Part shown: positions 52,397 to 61,044 of the stretch, piece by piece
Position numbering within the stretch: the first letter of the stretch is position 1
How the letters are laid out: each line of letters opens with the position of its first letter
IMG/VR virus record: IMGVR_UViG_3300020577_007160
Span: 32,001-96,000 of that record
Length of the DNA: 64,000 bases
From: a virus
Lineage: Duplodnaviria; Caudoviricetes
Strand: one strand, 5' to 3'
Notes under the pieces: generated by a model
What the model saw: the letters and a program-made list of their open reading frames with translations, nothing else
The model's database searches: none
Told to the model about the DNA's origin: nothing
Translations under genes and position numbers: made by a program

Positions 52397-53211
52397 CTTG
52401 AACTATAAATCCTGTAATACTTTCTTGGGTATAATTGAACTATCTTCAAACCACCTGGAACAACATAATATGTGCCAACATATGTAAATGTTGAATTGTC
52501 TTCAGACCATGCTAAGTGAAAATATTGAGTTGTTGCATGATTATGCCGAACTACAAGACAATTAGAATCTTCATATTTCAATCCAATTAACTCTTCATTA
52601 ACTTGGGAAGAACGATGCTGATACGTAGCTGTTAATGCAGCTGCATTATCAGGTGCAGTATAGAAAACTAATTTAAATATTCCAGTTTGATATTCAATGT
52701 AACCATAATCTAATCCTGTTCCTGAAAAGTTTCCATTAACATCGTCTGAAAATACGACAGGTGCAGAAGAAAAATTAATAGAAAAAGAAACTGATCCTGG
52801 AACAATTTCATCTAACAAGTTTCCTTCATAAGACAATTTTCCAGTCACTCCTGATATTCCAGTAGATCCCCCTGTTACCTGAATTGGGGTAGTAACAGTA
52901 TAATTGTAAACTGCGGTGATATTTGTTGAGTTGTCGGGTGCGGTTGTGAAAGTAAGAGCATATGCTCCTGTTCCATAATTGATTGTACCCGTTACTCCTG
53001 TGCCAGCAAGAACTCCATTACCATCGTCGGTGATAGTTACAGGTGAAGCAGAGATAGTAGAGGTTATTGTCAAAGAAGATGGTTTTATGTAACGACTCGT
53101 AAGAGTTATTGTTCCAGTAAATATTTTCTTTGTTCCATTCGCAGTGGCATCAATTGTTACTGAGGACTGCGCACTATGGGTAGAAAATATTTTAGTTTCG
53201 ATAGTTTTCAT
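52363..53211 (-). CDS. Virion structural protein with two beta-rich repeats
   Basis: TDDGNGVLAGTGVTGTINYGTG...APDN. Confidence 0.7.
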   Translation of the reverse strand: MKTIETKIFSTHSAQSSVTIDATANGTKKIFTGTITLTSRYIKPSSLTITSTISASPVTITDDGNGVLAGTGVTGTINYGTGAYALTFTTAPDNSTNITAVYNYTVTTPIQVTGGSTGISGVTGKLSYEGNLLDEIVPGSVSFSINFSSAPVVFSDDVNGNFSGTGLDYGYIEYQTGIFKLVFYTAPDNAAALTATYQHRSSQVNEELIGLKYEDSNCLVVRHNHATTQYFHLAWSEDNSTFTYVGTYYVVPGGLKIVQLYPRKYYRIYSSSCQLKCQLEVL

Positions 53212-53244
53212 AAATTAATTATATAAGTATTCCAATTTCCTATT

Positions 53245-53927
53245 TTATATGAAAGTGAATAATTCCTGAAACTCAGATTTATCCAAGAGTACCGTAGTAT
53301 ATAACCCAATATCCCTATAATCAGAAGTATTATTCTCCTGATGAAGATATTTTATCTTCACAAAAACTTCTTCAATATCCCTTTCATAATACGCTATTCT
53401 TACCTTTGATTTTTCCGGAATAGCTGTATCCTGAATAAGTTGAGTAGTGTTGTCTTCCAACACTCTCCACATCGCTATAGGGGAATAATTCACAATTGCT
53501 TTTTGCAATTTCATTGAAGCGTCTTTGTATATTCTTTTTCGTCTTTTCAATTTTAATAATTGTCTAATATAATTTCACCATCATCTACTACTTTTTCAAA
53601 ATCTGATCCACCTTTGTACTCAACATAAAATGTTAAATCATAATCCACTGTTGCTTCCTCAACATCGTCTTCAGAGTAGTATTCGGACTGAATAATGAAA
53701 TGGAACGTATACTTCGCATTATCCACGTCAGATTGAGTTACACCAAAAGAAGTTTTCTTAATTGGGAATTCTAAAAATACTTCTGTTTTCCAATCTGTAC
53801 CCGCAACAAATTTATAATTTTTATCTACCCATTTCAATAATGATAATTTTCTCAATATTGAGATAGAAGATTTTATTAACTTTGACTTAAGAGTCTTTTG
53901 AGAAAATCCGAAAGCACTTTTACTCAT
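53245..53927 (-). other. Two hypothetical genes (53245..53550, 53553..53927)
   Basis: ORF track. Confidence 0.6.
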
Positions 53928-54664
53928 CGAGATATCAATACAAAATTATGAACTAAATAAGGATCAAATTTCCATACCTGATTATTCACCTCTTTCAACG
54001 TTGTACCTGAAAAACAATAATCATCTACTACTAAAATTCTTTTGTTTTTCAACAATCTCTCTATTTTTGAATAAGCAGGATTTGGAGAAATAAAATTATG
54101 AATGTACTGCACGAACGGTTTGGGTATCTTTTTGACCTCCAAAGTTCCAGAACGTTTTACTAATTTTAACGTTCTGAGAACGTAGGCTCGGAAAGACGGA
54201 GATATATCAGAATCTAAAAGGTGTTCTAACTGCGAGTAATCAATATTGGAAGAATCTTTAACAAAAATATCATTGTAAAATAATAAGTCAAGATGACGAC
54301 TTCTCAGAAATTTTTCTACTCTTTTCAAAAGTAATGAATTACTTGGAGGAAATAAAACAATATCATATTGACTTAAGTTATGATAATGATTGAATGTTAT
54401 TAATGCTCGTTGTAAAAAATTAGATATTTCTACCCGTATATTCGCAGACTTTTTTATCCAAACTAAGAAATTTGACTTTATTCTTGGACAGGTAGTTTTT
54501 GAGGTCTTGTAAAAATAGAACAATTCTAGACCAGAAATTCTACGCTTACGCAGTCCCTGATCTGGAAATTTTAATGTCAGTATGTCATCAGGTTCATCAT
54601 GGGAATAGTCAAAGTCATAATCTTCTGTTCCAATCCCTGCTCGAATACCCTCTTGATATTTCAT
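53924..54664 (-). CDS. Type I phosphoribosyltransferase-like protein
   Basis: PRPP-binding motif RILVVDDYCFSGTTL. Confidence 0.75.
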   Translation of the reverse strand: MKYQEGIRAGIGTEDYDFDYSHDEPDDILTLKFPDQGLRKRRISGLELFYFYKTSKTTCPRIKSNFLVWIKKSANIRVEISNFLQRALITFNHYHNLSQYDIVLFPPSNSLLLKRVEKFLRSRHLDLLFYNDIFVKDSSNIDYSQLEHLLDSDISPSFRAYVLRTLKLVKRSGTLEVKKIPKPFVQYIHNFISPNPAYSKIERLLKNKRILVVDDYCFSGTTLKEVNNQVWKFDPYLVHNFVLISR

Positions 54665-55174
54665 CTAAATATACGTTATTGTTGCATTGATATTTTCTTC
54701 GTCGAAAGCATCTTCGAATTCAGCTTGGATTTCATCCAAGTAATCATCGTAGACCGAAACTAACCAACACCTTGAAGACTCGTCAAAATCAAACGTATAA
54801 TCAGTTGTTCTCAGGTAATTGCCAATGTAACGATTATCAATACTCGTTGCACCTTTTATTTTCAAACCTGTATGAATAGACGAATTTTCACCAAAAATAG
54901 ATTCTTCTAATCTTATTAATCTACTATTTAGATCTAAATTTTCACCAACAACATTTTTAATAAATCTCTTCGATATAATAACATAACTTCCTGACGGTAA
55001 CTTCAACGGAAGTTCCTTACTCCAATCTGGTTTCTTGTATTCCCCCGAAACGCAATTTGTAGGAATACCCCTACCATTTAATTTTATTTCTCTGGTAGGA
55101 ACTACAGTAGCAATCTTGCCAGTATCTATACCATTGGTAATCTGAACTTTGTCACCAATTCTAAAATTTTTCAT
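54665..55174 (-). CDS. KOW/SH3-like protein with internal leader motif
   Basis: FRIGDKVQITNG..TGK; internal LNSRLIRLEESIFGENS. Confidence 0.6.
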   Translation of the reverse strand: MKNFRIGDKVQITNGIDTGKIATVVPTREIKLNGRGIPTNCVSGEYKKPDWSKELPLKLPSGSYVIISKRFIKNVVGENLDLNSRLIRLEESIFGENSSIHTGLKIKGATSIDNRYIGNYLRTTDYTFDFDESSRCWLVSVYDDYLDEIQAEFEDAFDEENINATITYI

Positions 55175-55177
55175 TTA

Positions 55178-55567
55178 TTAAAAATTCCTAAACAATTCAG
55201 TAAACTTCTCAGAACTATCTGGAGTTAATACAACTAATTTTTTTCTCAATTTTTTCATTATCTCAAGCATGTTTTTAGAACCTTTGGAAGTGCCATCCCA
55301 GAAGCAAATCAATGCATCCGCATTCTTCGCCATCAACATATTTCTTTGAACTCCAGCACTCTTCCCAACACTCCAATCAGGTTCATAAACTTCAAAGGGG
55401 ATATGATTCTCTTTTGCATATCGAATAGCCAGAGAATCCACACCTTTAGCAGCACCAGAAATTATGGTAGTGATTCTCATATTGATTCTGATATCATCGA
55501 GTATTGACTCGATCTCAGGATAATAGTCTGAACCAATAGATCTTGAACCTGCAATTATAACTCGCAT
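55178..55567 (-). CDS. SLOG/YspA-like (DUF2493) protein
   Basis: IIAGSR, IISGAAKGVDSLA, GKSAGVQRN, FWDGTSKGS. Confidence 0.85.
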   Translation of the reverse strand: MRVIIAGSRSIGSDYYPEIESILDDIRINMRITTIISGAAKGVDSLAIRYAKENHIPFEVYEPDWSVGKSAGVQRNMLMAKNADALICFWDGTSKGSKNMLEIMKKLRKKLVVLTPDSSEKFTELFRNF

Positions 55568-55581
55568 TTAAAATAAAACCC

Positions 55582-56514
55582 TTATGATTCTTTATAATAT
55601 CGTTTTCTACCTTCCCCAAGAAGAAGGTTATTATATTTACGTTTTTCACAAAATGCTGATTCAATATTATTGATAGATAAATATGGAAACGGAGAATTAG
55701 ATTCCCTATATGCTACTGATTCCCAGTCTTTGCCAGTCATATTTTTTATGTACTCAAAATACTGAGCCTGAGAATCCGTAGTAGATTTTATTAATTTTGA
55801 AAAAATATCATTTGAAGTTTTCTGAAGATCAAAAGTTTCAGTAATAGATTTCAACGTTCCTGGACCAACTGTACACAGGTCATGATCGTCTAACATGTTG
55901 TTCTTAAAGAAGAACGGACGACAATATGTTAAATCCTGAATAATCTCGCCACCAAGAAATTCCCCAATAAGTGGAACATTCGTTATCTTTAACGTGGCTT
56001 CTCGGAGAGAAGAACAGTTACGAAGATCCTCCGTTATCTTCCCAATATTCTTGGAAAAAAACTGCAACATCAATAAAAACTGAGCATGCTTATCCTTCCG
56101 ATAAGAAGGATCATATTTCATCTGAGTAACAGTATAAGCCGAATTCCAAATACTGATTCCTTCCTTGATTTTATTATCAAGGATATCTTCATAATACTTA
56201 TGATCATAATTATCAGGATCCATTACTCCTAATAATTGAGAATAAATTGTATCAAGATTGAATATTCTTCCTGAAACAATATTGAAAAGTTTTCTCTCAA
56301 AACTCAATAATGTATTGTGACAAATAGTCTGAATGATCTTCAGAGAAACCCTATCCAATTCTCGATAAATATTACAGAACTTATATGTTTGCAATATAGG
56401 ATTATCAGTCCATGGTGCAGGGGATTTCAATACTGACTTCTTATACCATATCAGCTGACGATCATATATGAATTCAAAAAACTCTACTAATTTAGTATTC
56501 AACATAATATTCAA
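55582..56514 (-). CDS. aGPT-Pplase1 family protein (5-hmdU DNA modification-associated helical domain)
   Basis: FFEFIYDRQ.IW...PWTDNPILQTYKFCNIYRELDR...VGPG...IESAFCEKRKY. Confidence 0.8.
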   Translation of the reverse strand: MNIMLNTKLVEFFEFIYDRQLIWYKKSVLKSPAPWTDNPILQTYKFCNIYRELDRVSLKIIQTICHNTLLSFERKLFNIVSGRIFNLDTIYSQLLGVMDPDNYDHKYYEDILDNKIKEGISIWNSAYTVTQMKYDPSYRKDKHAQFLLMLQFFSKNIGKITEDLRNCSSLREATLKITNVPLIGEFLGGEIIQDLTYCRPFFFKNNMLDDHDLCTVGPGTLKSITETFDLQKTSNDIFSKLIKSTTDSQAQYFEYIKNMTGKDWESVAYRESNSPFPYLSINNIESAFCEKRKYNNLLLGEGRKRYYKES

Positions 56515-56831
56515 AATATTTTAATAACAGGCTGACCACCAAGAAACCATATCCGAGAATTGACATTCCCATAACGAGCATACATTCTATGAAGATATGG
56601 TGCATCCTCACCTTCAATACCCCGACTGTGAAGATACTCTAAGAACTCGGATAAGGGGATATGTTCCTGATAAAGGTAATGATCTACTATGGAACTCTTA
56701 TCCCGCACCAATCGAATCAATTCATTCGTCAATAAAACATATTCTTCAGTGGAAATAGTAACTGAAGAATATTTTGAACTCAGTTTCTTTGAAGTAGACA
56801 TTATTAGAAGTAATAAATATTTCCAGTACAA
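56511..56831 (-). CDS. Hypothetical protein
   Basis: ORF track. Confidence 0.55.
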   Translation of the reverse strand: MYWKYLLLLIMSTSKKLSSKYSSVTISTEEYVLLTNELIRLVRDKSSIVDHYLYQEHIPLSEFLEYLHSRGIEGEDAPYLHRMYARYGNVNSRIWFLGGQPVIKIF

Positions 56832-56932
56832 AATATAAAAAGAGGACTCTCTAAGAATGCAGCGTAGAAAGCCCTCTCTGGTCTGTAAAACACTGGGGAA
56901 TATTTTACAGATAACACCATTTTATGATTCTA

Positions 56933-57904
56933 TTAATTCAGAAGAAGTTCATTTCCTTCATATTCGTCTACCAACATATCGTCGTCACTCAAACTCAATG
57001 CTGGTAAAAGCGTTTTATTGAGAGAACGCTTACAATACGATAAAGCACGATTCATCATAAAATTTTCTGATTTATAAAACAACCGGAATAATCTTTGATC
57101 TTCATCCTTTACCTTTCTCTCCGATGAGACGTGGTTAGCGTAGTAGGTAACTCCATTGAACAATCCCCACAGGTTCTCCCCCTTACTCTTCATTTCACTC
57201 TCTATGCACTCGAGAAGCACTCCTATTTTGTTTTTAGCACGAGTACTCATACTCTCAATTGACTTCTTCTCCGGCATCCATAGAATGTGTTTCACAATTC
57301 CCTCGGACATTGATTTCTTTTTCTCACCCACCAATGGTGTTGAAGCAAAGATATCATAAACCTGATTCATTATGTTGTTCTCTGTTTTCAAAGAATTAAA
57401 TAAATCTTTTCCTAATTCGAGTTTATTCTCAAACAACTGATCATGAGTGACTCGAAAATTTGTTTCTTTCAATAAGGACGGAAATACATTTTTACAAGAA
57501 GCAACTCTCTCGGTAAGACCAAATCGGATAGCAAAGCCAACCCGATGATGAAATAGGGCAAAAACTCTTTTTTGAATCTCATCCCCTGAATTTCCTATTT
57601 TATGAGAAAACTCAGGAATAACCTGAGAGAATAAAACATTCTTTGTTCCACCATCAAAACTATATGCTTTCTCAATTTCCGTGCTTACAGAAAAGAGAGA
57701 CTGAACAAAATTGAACACGGTTTCATTCTGAATCGGTACATACCGATTACCACAGAATCCGAGTTCAACACTATTATCAGCACGTACCAAAGCTGACATG
57801 TCTTTGGACACTGTAGAATGCCCATTGTGGTTGAAGTGCATCGGTACTTTATCTACCTTGAAATCCAATGCACTTCCTTTGAAATCAAATAAGTTGTTAC
57901 TCAT
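56933..57904 (-). CDS. DUF932/TIGR03299-like phage protein
   Basis: ALVRADN..LG..GNRYVPIQN, RVASCKN, NLWGLFNGVTYYANH. Confidence 0.8.
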   Translation of the reverse strand: MSNNLFDFKGSALDFKVDKVPMHFNHNGHSTVSKDMSALVRADNSVELGFCGNRYVPIQNETVFNFVQSLFSVSTEIEKAYSFDGGTKNVLFSQVIPEFSHKIGNSGDEIQKRVFALFHHRVGFAIRFGLTERVASCKNVFPSLLKETNFRVTHDQLFENKLELGKDLFNSLKTENNIMNQVYDIFASTPLVGEKKKSMSEGIVKHILWMPEKKSIESMSTRAKNKIGVLLECIESEMKSKGENLWGLFNGVTYYANHVSSERKVKDEDQRLFRLFYKSENFMMNRALSYCKRSLNKTLLPALSLSDDDMLVDEYEGNELLLN

Positions 57905-57952
57905 ACCAACAATCCTCTAAAGTTTTAAGAAAAATTTTACTAACGATGAGAA

Positions 57953-57974
57953 GAACGTAACAACTTTCTTAAAA
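57953..57974 (-). promoter_or_regulatory. Motif A
   Basis: GAACGT-N11-TAAAA, 49 nt upstream of ATG 57904. Confidence 0.7.
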
Positions 57975-58065
57975 TCTATAGAATCATAAAATTTTTCTCT
58001 CAACATCTATTTTCAGTCTCTCACGCTCGCGCGTAATAATTGATATTAAAATTCTTATAGTTATA

Positions 58066-58140
58066 CTTAATAAAGAGTTACTTAATAAAGAGTTACTTAA
58101 TAAAGAGTTACTTAATAAAGAGTTACTTAATAAAGAGTTA
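58066..58140. repeat. Five perfect tandem copies of CTTAATAAAGAGTTA (iteron-like; candidate origin)
   Basis: Direct reading; lies in the longest non-coding gap. Confidence 0.9.
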
Positions 58141-58569
58141 ACTATATCTATATATAACGCGCATATACACATGAGTGCAATTATAGGAGAATGGTGTTTC
58201 TAAAAGAACTGTATTTAACTCCTATAGGGCTTATAGTAATTGAGAAAGTGTTCAGGTCATCATTTCTATCAAAATAGTAATTTTGGAAGCATAGTAGGGA
58301 TTCTAGAAGGGAATCCGGACAGAACCTTACCGAGAGAAAGAAACCCCCAATTCCGCCGTACCCCCTTTAACATATATGCTTTATATATTTCTATATCAAA
58401 CTTAGAACTTTTTATGAAAACTTGGTTTCTTCCCATATCACTGAATCCTAATCCTGACTTCTACTATCGTTACTAGTGCTCGAAATCATGTTGAACCCTC
58501 CTTGTGACCTTATGATATGTTTCAACGCTTATAGAGCATTCTATTCTTTCATTCAGAATGCAATAGAAC

Positions 58570-59196
58570 TTATTGGAATCTGAATCCCAGTAATCCAAAA
58601 CTCCTCATTCTTCCCAGTGGTGATAGAACATTCCTCTTCCGTATCCAAACACCACCTCCATTCCTCTGATCGCCACTATTGCCCGAAGAGGTGTTGAACC
58701 CTACCGTGGTGACCCAACCACCTTTTCCGACGCTTATGACACGTTCTATGTGCCCAAAGGGCTTATCTGAAAATTTCCAGACAATCAGGTCATTGACTTC
58801 TGGTATGGGTTTCGTTTTGATTGGCTTGATTGTTCTCGCCTTATGAAACCCAACTGCTCTTTTAGGATCTGTGGTATAAATGAACAATTGAGATGCCAGA
58901 GGACTTGGGTATAAAGGAATAGAATCCTTGGAATATTTCAGTTGAAATCTTGCAGTATCGAAACACCAGTATTGACCTGCTGCACAATAAGGTATTGGAT
59001 ATCCAATACCTACTGATTTTCCATACTTCAATCCCTCAATAATATTGTCCCCACCTTTCTCATATTTCCCAACCTGAGAAAGAAGAACTTTTAATGAAAC
59101 TTCCAATAGGGAAGAATCAATTCTGATAGTATATCGTTGAAGTTGTGCTGATGCTGATATACTAAACAGTAAGAATAAAAATATATACTTTATCAT
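58570..59196 (-). CDS. CHAP-family peptidoglycan hydrolase (endolysin) with signal peptide
   Basis: PYCAAG, GHIERV, TVGFNTS; ATG 59196 overlaps upstream TGA and begins MIKYIFLFLLFSISASAQ. Confidence 0.75.
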   Translation of the reverse strand: MIKYIFLFLLFSISASAQLQRYTIRIDSSLLEVSLKVLLSQVGKYEKGGDNIIEGLKYGKSVGIGYPIPYCAAGQYWCFDTARFQLKYSKDSIPLYPSPLASQLFIYTTDPKRAVGFHKARTIKPIKTKPIPEVNDLIVWKFSDKPFGHIERVISVGKGGWVTTVGFNTSSGNSGDQRNGGGVWIRKRNVLSPLGRMRSFGLLGFRFQ

Positions 59197-59654
59197 TTTG
59201 AGGATGTGGAATCTTGAAATTGATTTTGATATGTTGAGTCTAGCATATTGATGGTATTTGATGATGAAGATTTCAATCCTGACCATTCACTCTGCGTAAA
59301 GCAATAACCAACCACTACGCACCCAACAGCAACACAAACTCCGAGAAAGATCATTCCAGGAAAATTTGAATTTTCTTTACTGTAGTTCTGACGACCAACA
59401 CTAAAAATAGCAATGTTCGTTAAAAATATGCAGAGACAGACTATAGCAATAGCAAACTGAAGAGTATTGACGACTTCCTGTTGTTCTGCTAATTTACCAA
59501 AATAGAATGCACCATAGAGAAAAATAAATATCGTTAAATTTCTTGATAAGAAATTTATAGCATAACGTAAGTCAATAACCTGTGCTTCAAAAGTTTCTTC
59601 AACAAGGGCTTTTACCTTTTTTGTAAGATTTTGTTTTTCTTGAGATTCTGACAT
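59193..59654 (-). CDS. Holin-like membrane protein
   Basis: Three hydrophobic segments; adjacent to endolysin. Confidence 0.55.
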   Translation of the reverse strand: MSESQEKQNLTKKVKALVEETFEAQVIDLRYAINFLSRNLTIFIFLYGAFYFGKLAEQQEVVNTLQFAIAIVCLCIFLTNIAIFSVGRQNYSKENSNFPGMIFLGVCVAVGCVVVGYCFTQSEWSGLKSSSSNTINMLDSTYQNQFQDSTSSK

Positions 59655-59667
59655 TTTAACTGCCTTT

Positions 59668-60345
59668 CTAAAATTTGTAACAATACTGTAAACTGATTTT
59701 ATTATTTGTGGAAATTATTCCATAATCATAACCAAGATAAATGTTTTCAACGAATTCTATTCTTGCACCAACATTTAAATCAATATCTTCTAGCTTCTGC
59801 CCACTTATAGATGTTGAAACATGAATAAAGGTAATTCGGGCTAGGCTCATCCCCAAAGACCACTCTATGCCGATTTTAGAATAACTTGCACCAATGAGTG
59901 GATTGTATTCAAAATCAAAAATTTTATCTTCAAAATCTAAGATTGTAACAGTAGAATCTTTTTCTAAAGAAGAAATTTTTATTGGGGATGCTTTGAAAAT
60001 TTCAGGAAAGAATCCAGAAGGGGATTTTTCTACTATAAGAGTAGTTGGATTAGGGATAGTACCTGCAGAATCTGGAGGATGAGAAATACTAATAATTTTT
60101 TCTACATTTTTAGAATTATTGTATTTTAATTGTATTAGTTTTTTATCCTTATCAAGAATAGTTATTTCATTTTCTCTTTTTGGTAACGATATTCTTGGAA
60201 CATTAGATTCCTTTGGATTTGCACTTGGGGGATCTTTTGAAGTGCAACCAGAACAATTCTTAAAAATAACTCCAGTTATTATAATCAATGCTATAATAGC
60301 TAAAGCAAATCTAACCTTATAAAATATATCTTGAAATGATAGCAT
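59668..60345 (-). CDS. Membrane-anchored lysis-cassette protein, possibly spanin-like
   Basis: N-terminal hydrophobic segment; C-terminal amphipathic beta strands ending Y-x-F. Confidence 0.4.
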   Translation of the reverse strand: MLSFQDIFYKVRFALAIIALIIITGVIFKNCSGCTSKDPPSANPKESNVPRISLPKRENEITILDKDKKLIQLKYNNSKNVEKIISISHPPDSAGTIPNPTTLIVEKSPSGFFPEIFKASPIKISSLEKDSTVTILDFEDKIFDFEYNPLIGASYSKIGIEWSLGMSLARITFIHVSTSISGQKLEDIDLNVGARIEFVENIYLGYDYGIISTNNKISLQYCYKF

Positions 60346-60642
60346 TTAGTTCTCGTTAGATTCTATGATTTCAAGATATAGAGTAGAAGTTATTTCAGAA
60401 CCTGTTATGGTAATTCGAGGTGAAATTCTTACCCCAAATTTTTGACTCAGTTTTCTTAATTCGTCTTTGAATGTTAATAAACGATTTTCTTCTTCCTCTT
60501 TTTTAAGACGATTTAATTCTTCTACTAATTGTTTCCTACGATCAAGAATAAGTTCCTTATTTTCTTCTATCAAAATATCTGGAGATAATGGAAGAATAGA
60601 AGTAGTAGATTCTTTCGCATGTTTAAACTTATTTTCTGACAT
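60346..60642 (-). CDS. Small coiled-coil protein
   Basis: ORF track. Confidence 0.6.
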   Translation of the reverse strand: MSENKFKHAKESTTSILPLSPDILIEENKELILDRRKQLVEELNRLKKEEEENRLLTFKDELRKLSQKFGVRISPRITITGSEITSTLYLEIIESNEN

Positions 60643-60669
60643 GATTAAAATCCTTTGAGTGGTAAATTC

Positions 60670-61029
60670 TTATAATTCTGCTATTTTAAATTTTATAGAT
60701 TGTTCATCTGAATTTATGATATAATATATATTCAGATAAACTGATTTTTCTGACCGAACAAAATCTGCTTTTAATCTACTAATATAGATATTACGTATAT
60801 AACTCTTAAACTTATCTCTTATATTTAAGTAGTATAAATATGCTATTTCATTGATACTATAAATGTTCCGTTGAAGAAACATATCTTCGTCAATACCATA
60901 ATTAGGATCTACGATTCTTGTAGTTATTGGAACTCTGAAAAACACTTCAAATTGATTCACAGGTTCTGTGGTAACCGTAGTTGTTTTATCTGAGGCAAAT
61001 TTAAGAGGAAATTTTGTTATGTATGGCAT
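60670..61029 (-). CDS. gp25-like baseplate wedge protein
   Basis: Size, context and TRIVDPNYGI resembling the gp25 ER...P.FG motif. Confidence 0.6.
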   Translation of the reverse strand: MPYITKFPLKFASDKTTTVTTEPVNQFEVFFRVPITTRIVDPNYGIDEDMFLQRNIYSINEIAYLYYLNIRDKFKSYIRNIYISRLKADFVRSEKSVYLNIYYIINSDEQSIKFKIAEL

Positions 61030-61044
61030 AGTAAAATCCTAATA

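Noticed and set aside
34557-53211. Diversity-generating retroelement behind the paralogous repeats
   Set aside because: No reverse transcriptase, and the differences between copies are not adenine-specific.
58066-58140. Possible CRISPR array
   Set aside because: Repeats are contiguous with no spacers, only 15 bp long, and no cas genes are present.
57984-58172. 62-aa ORF with NSLLS repeats
   Set aside because: It is a translation of the 15-bp tandem repeat; no other coding evidence.
232-60658. Short + strand ORFs in the track
   Set aside because: Almost all lie antisense to longer, well-supported - strand genes and have no motifs; treated as shadow ORFs.
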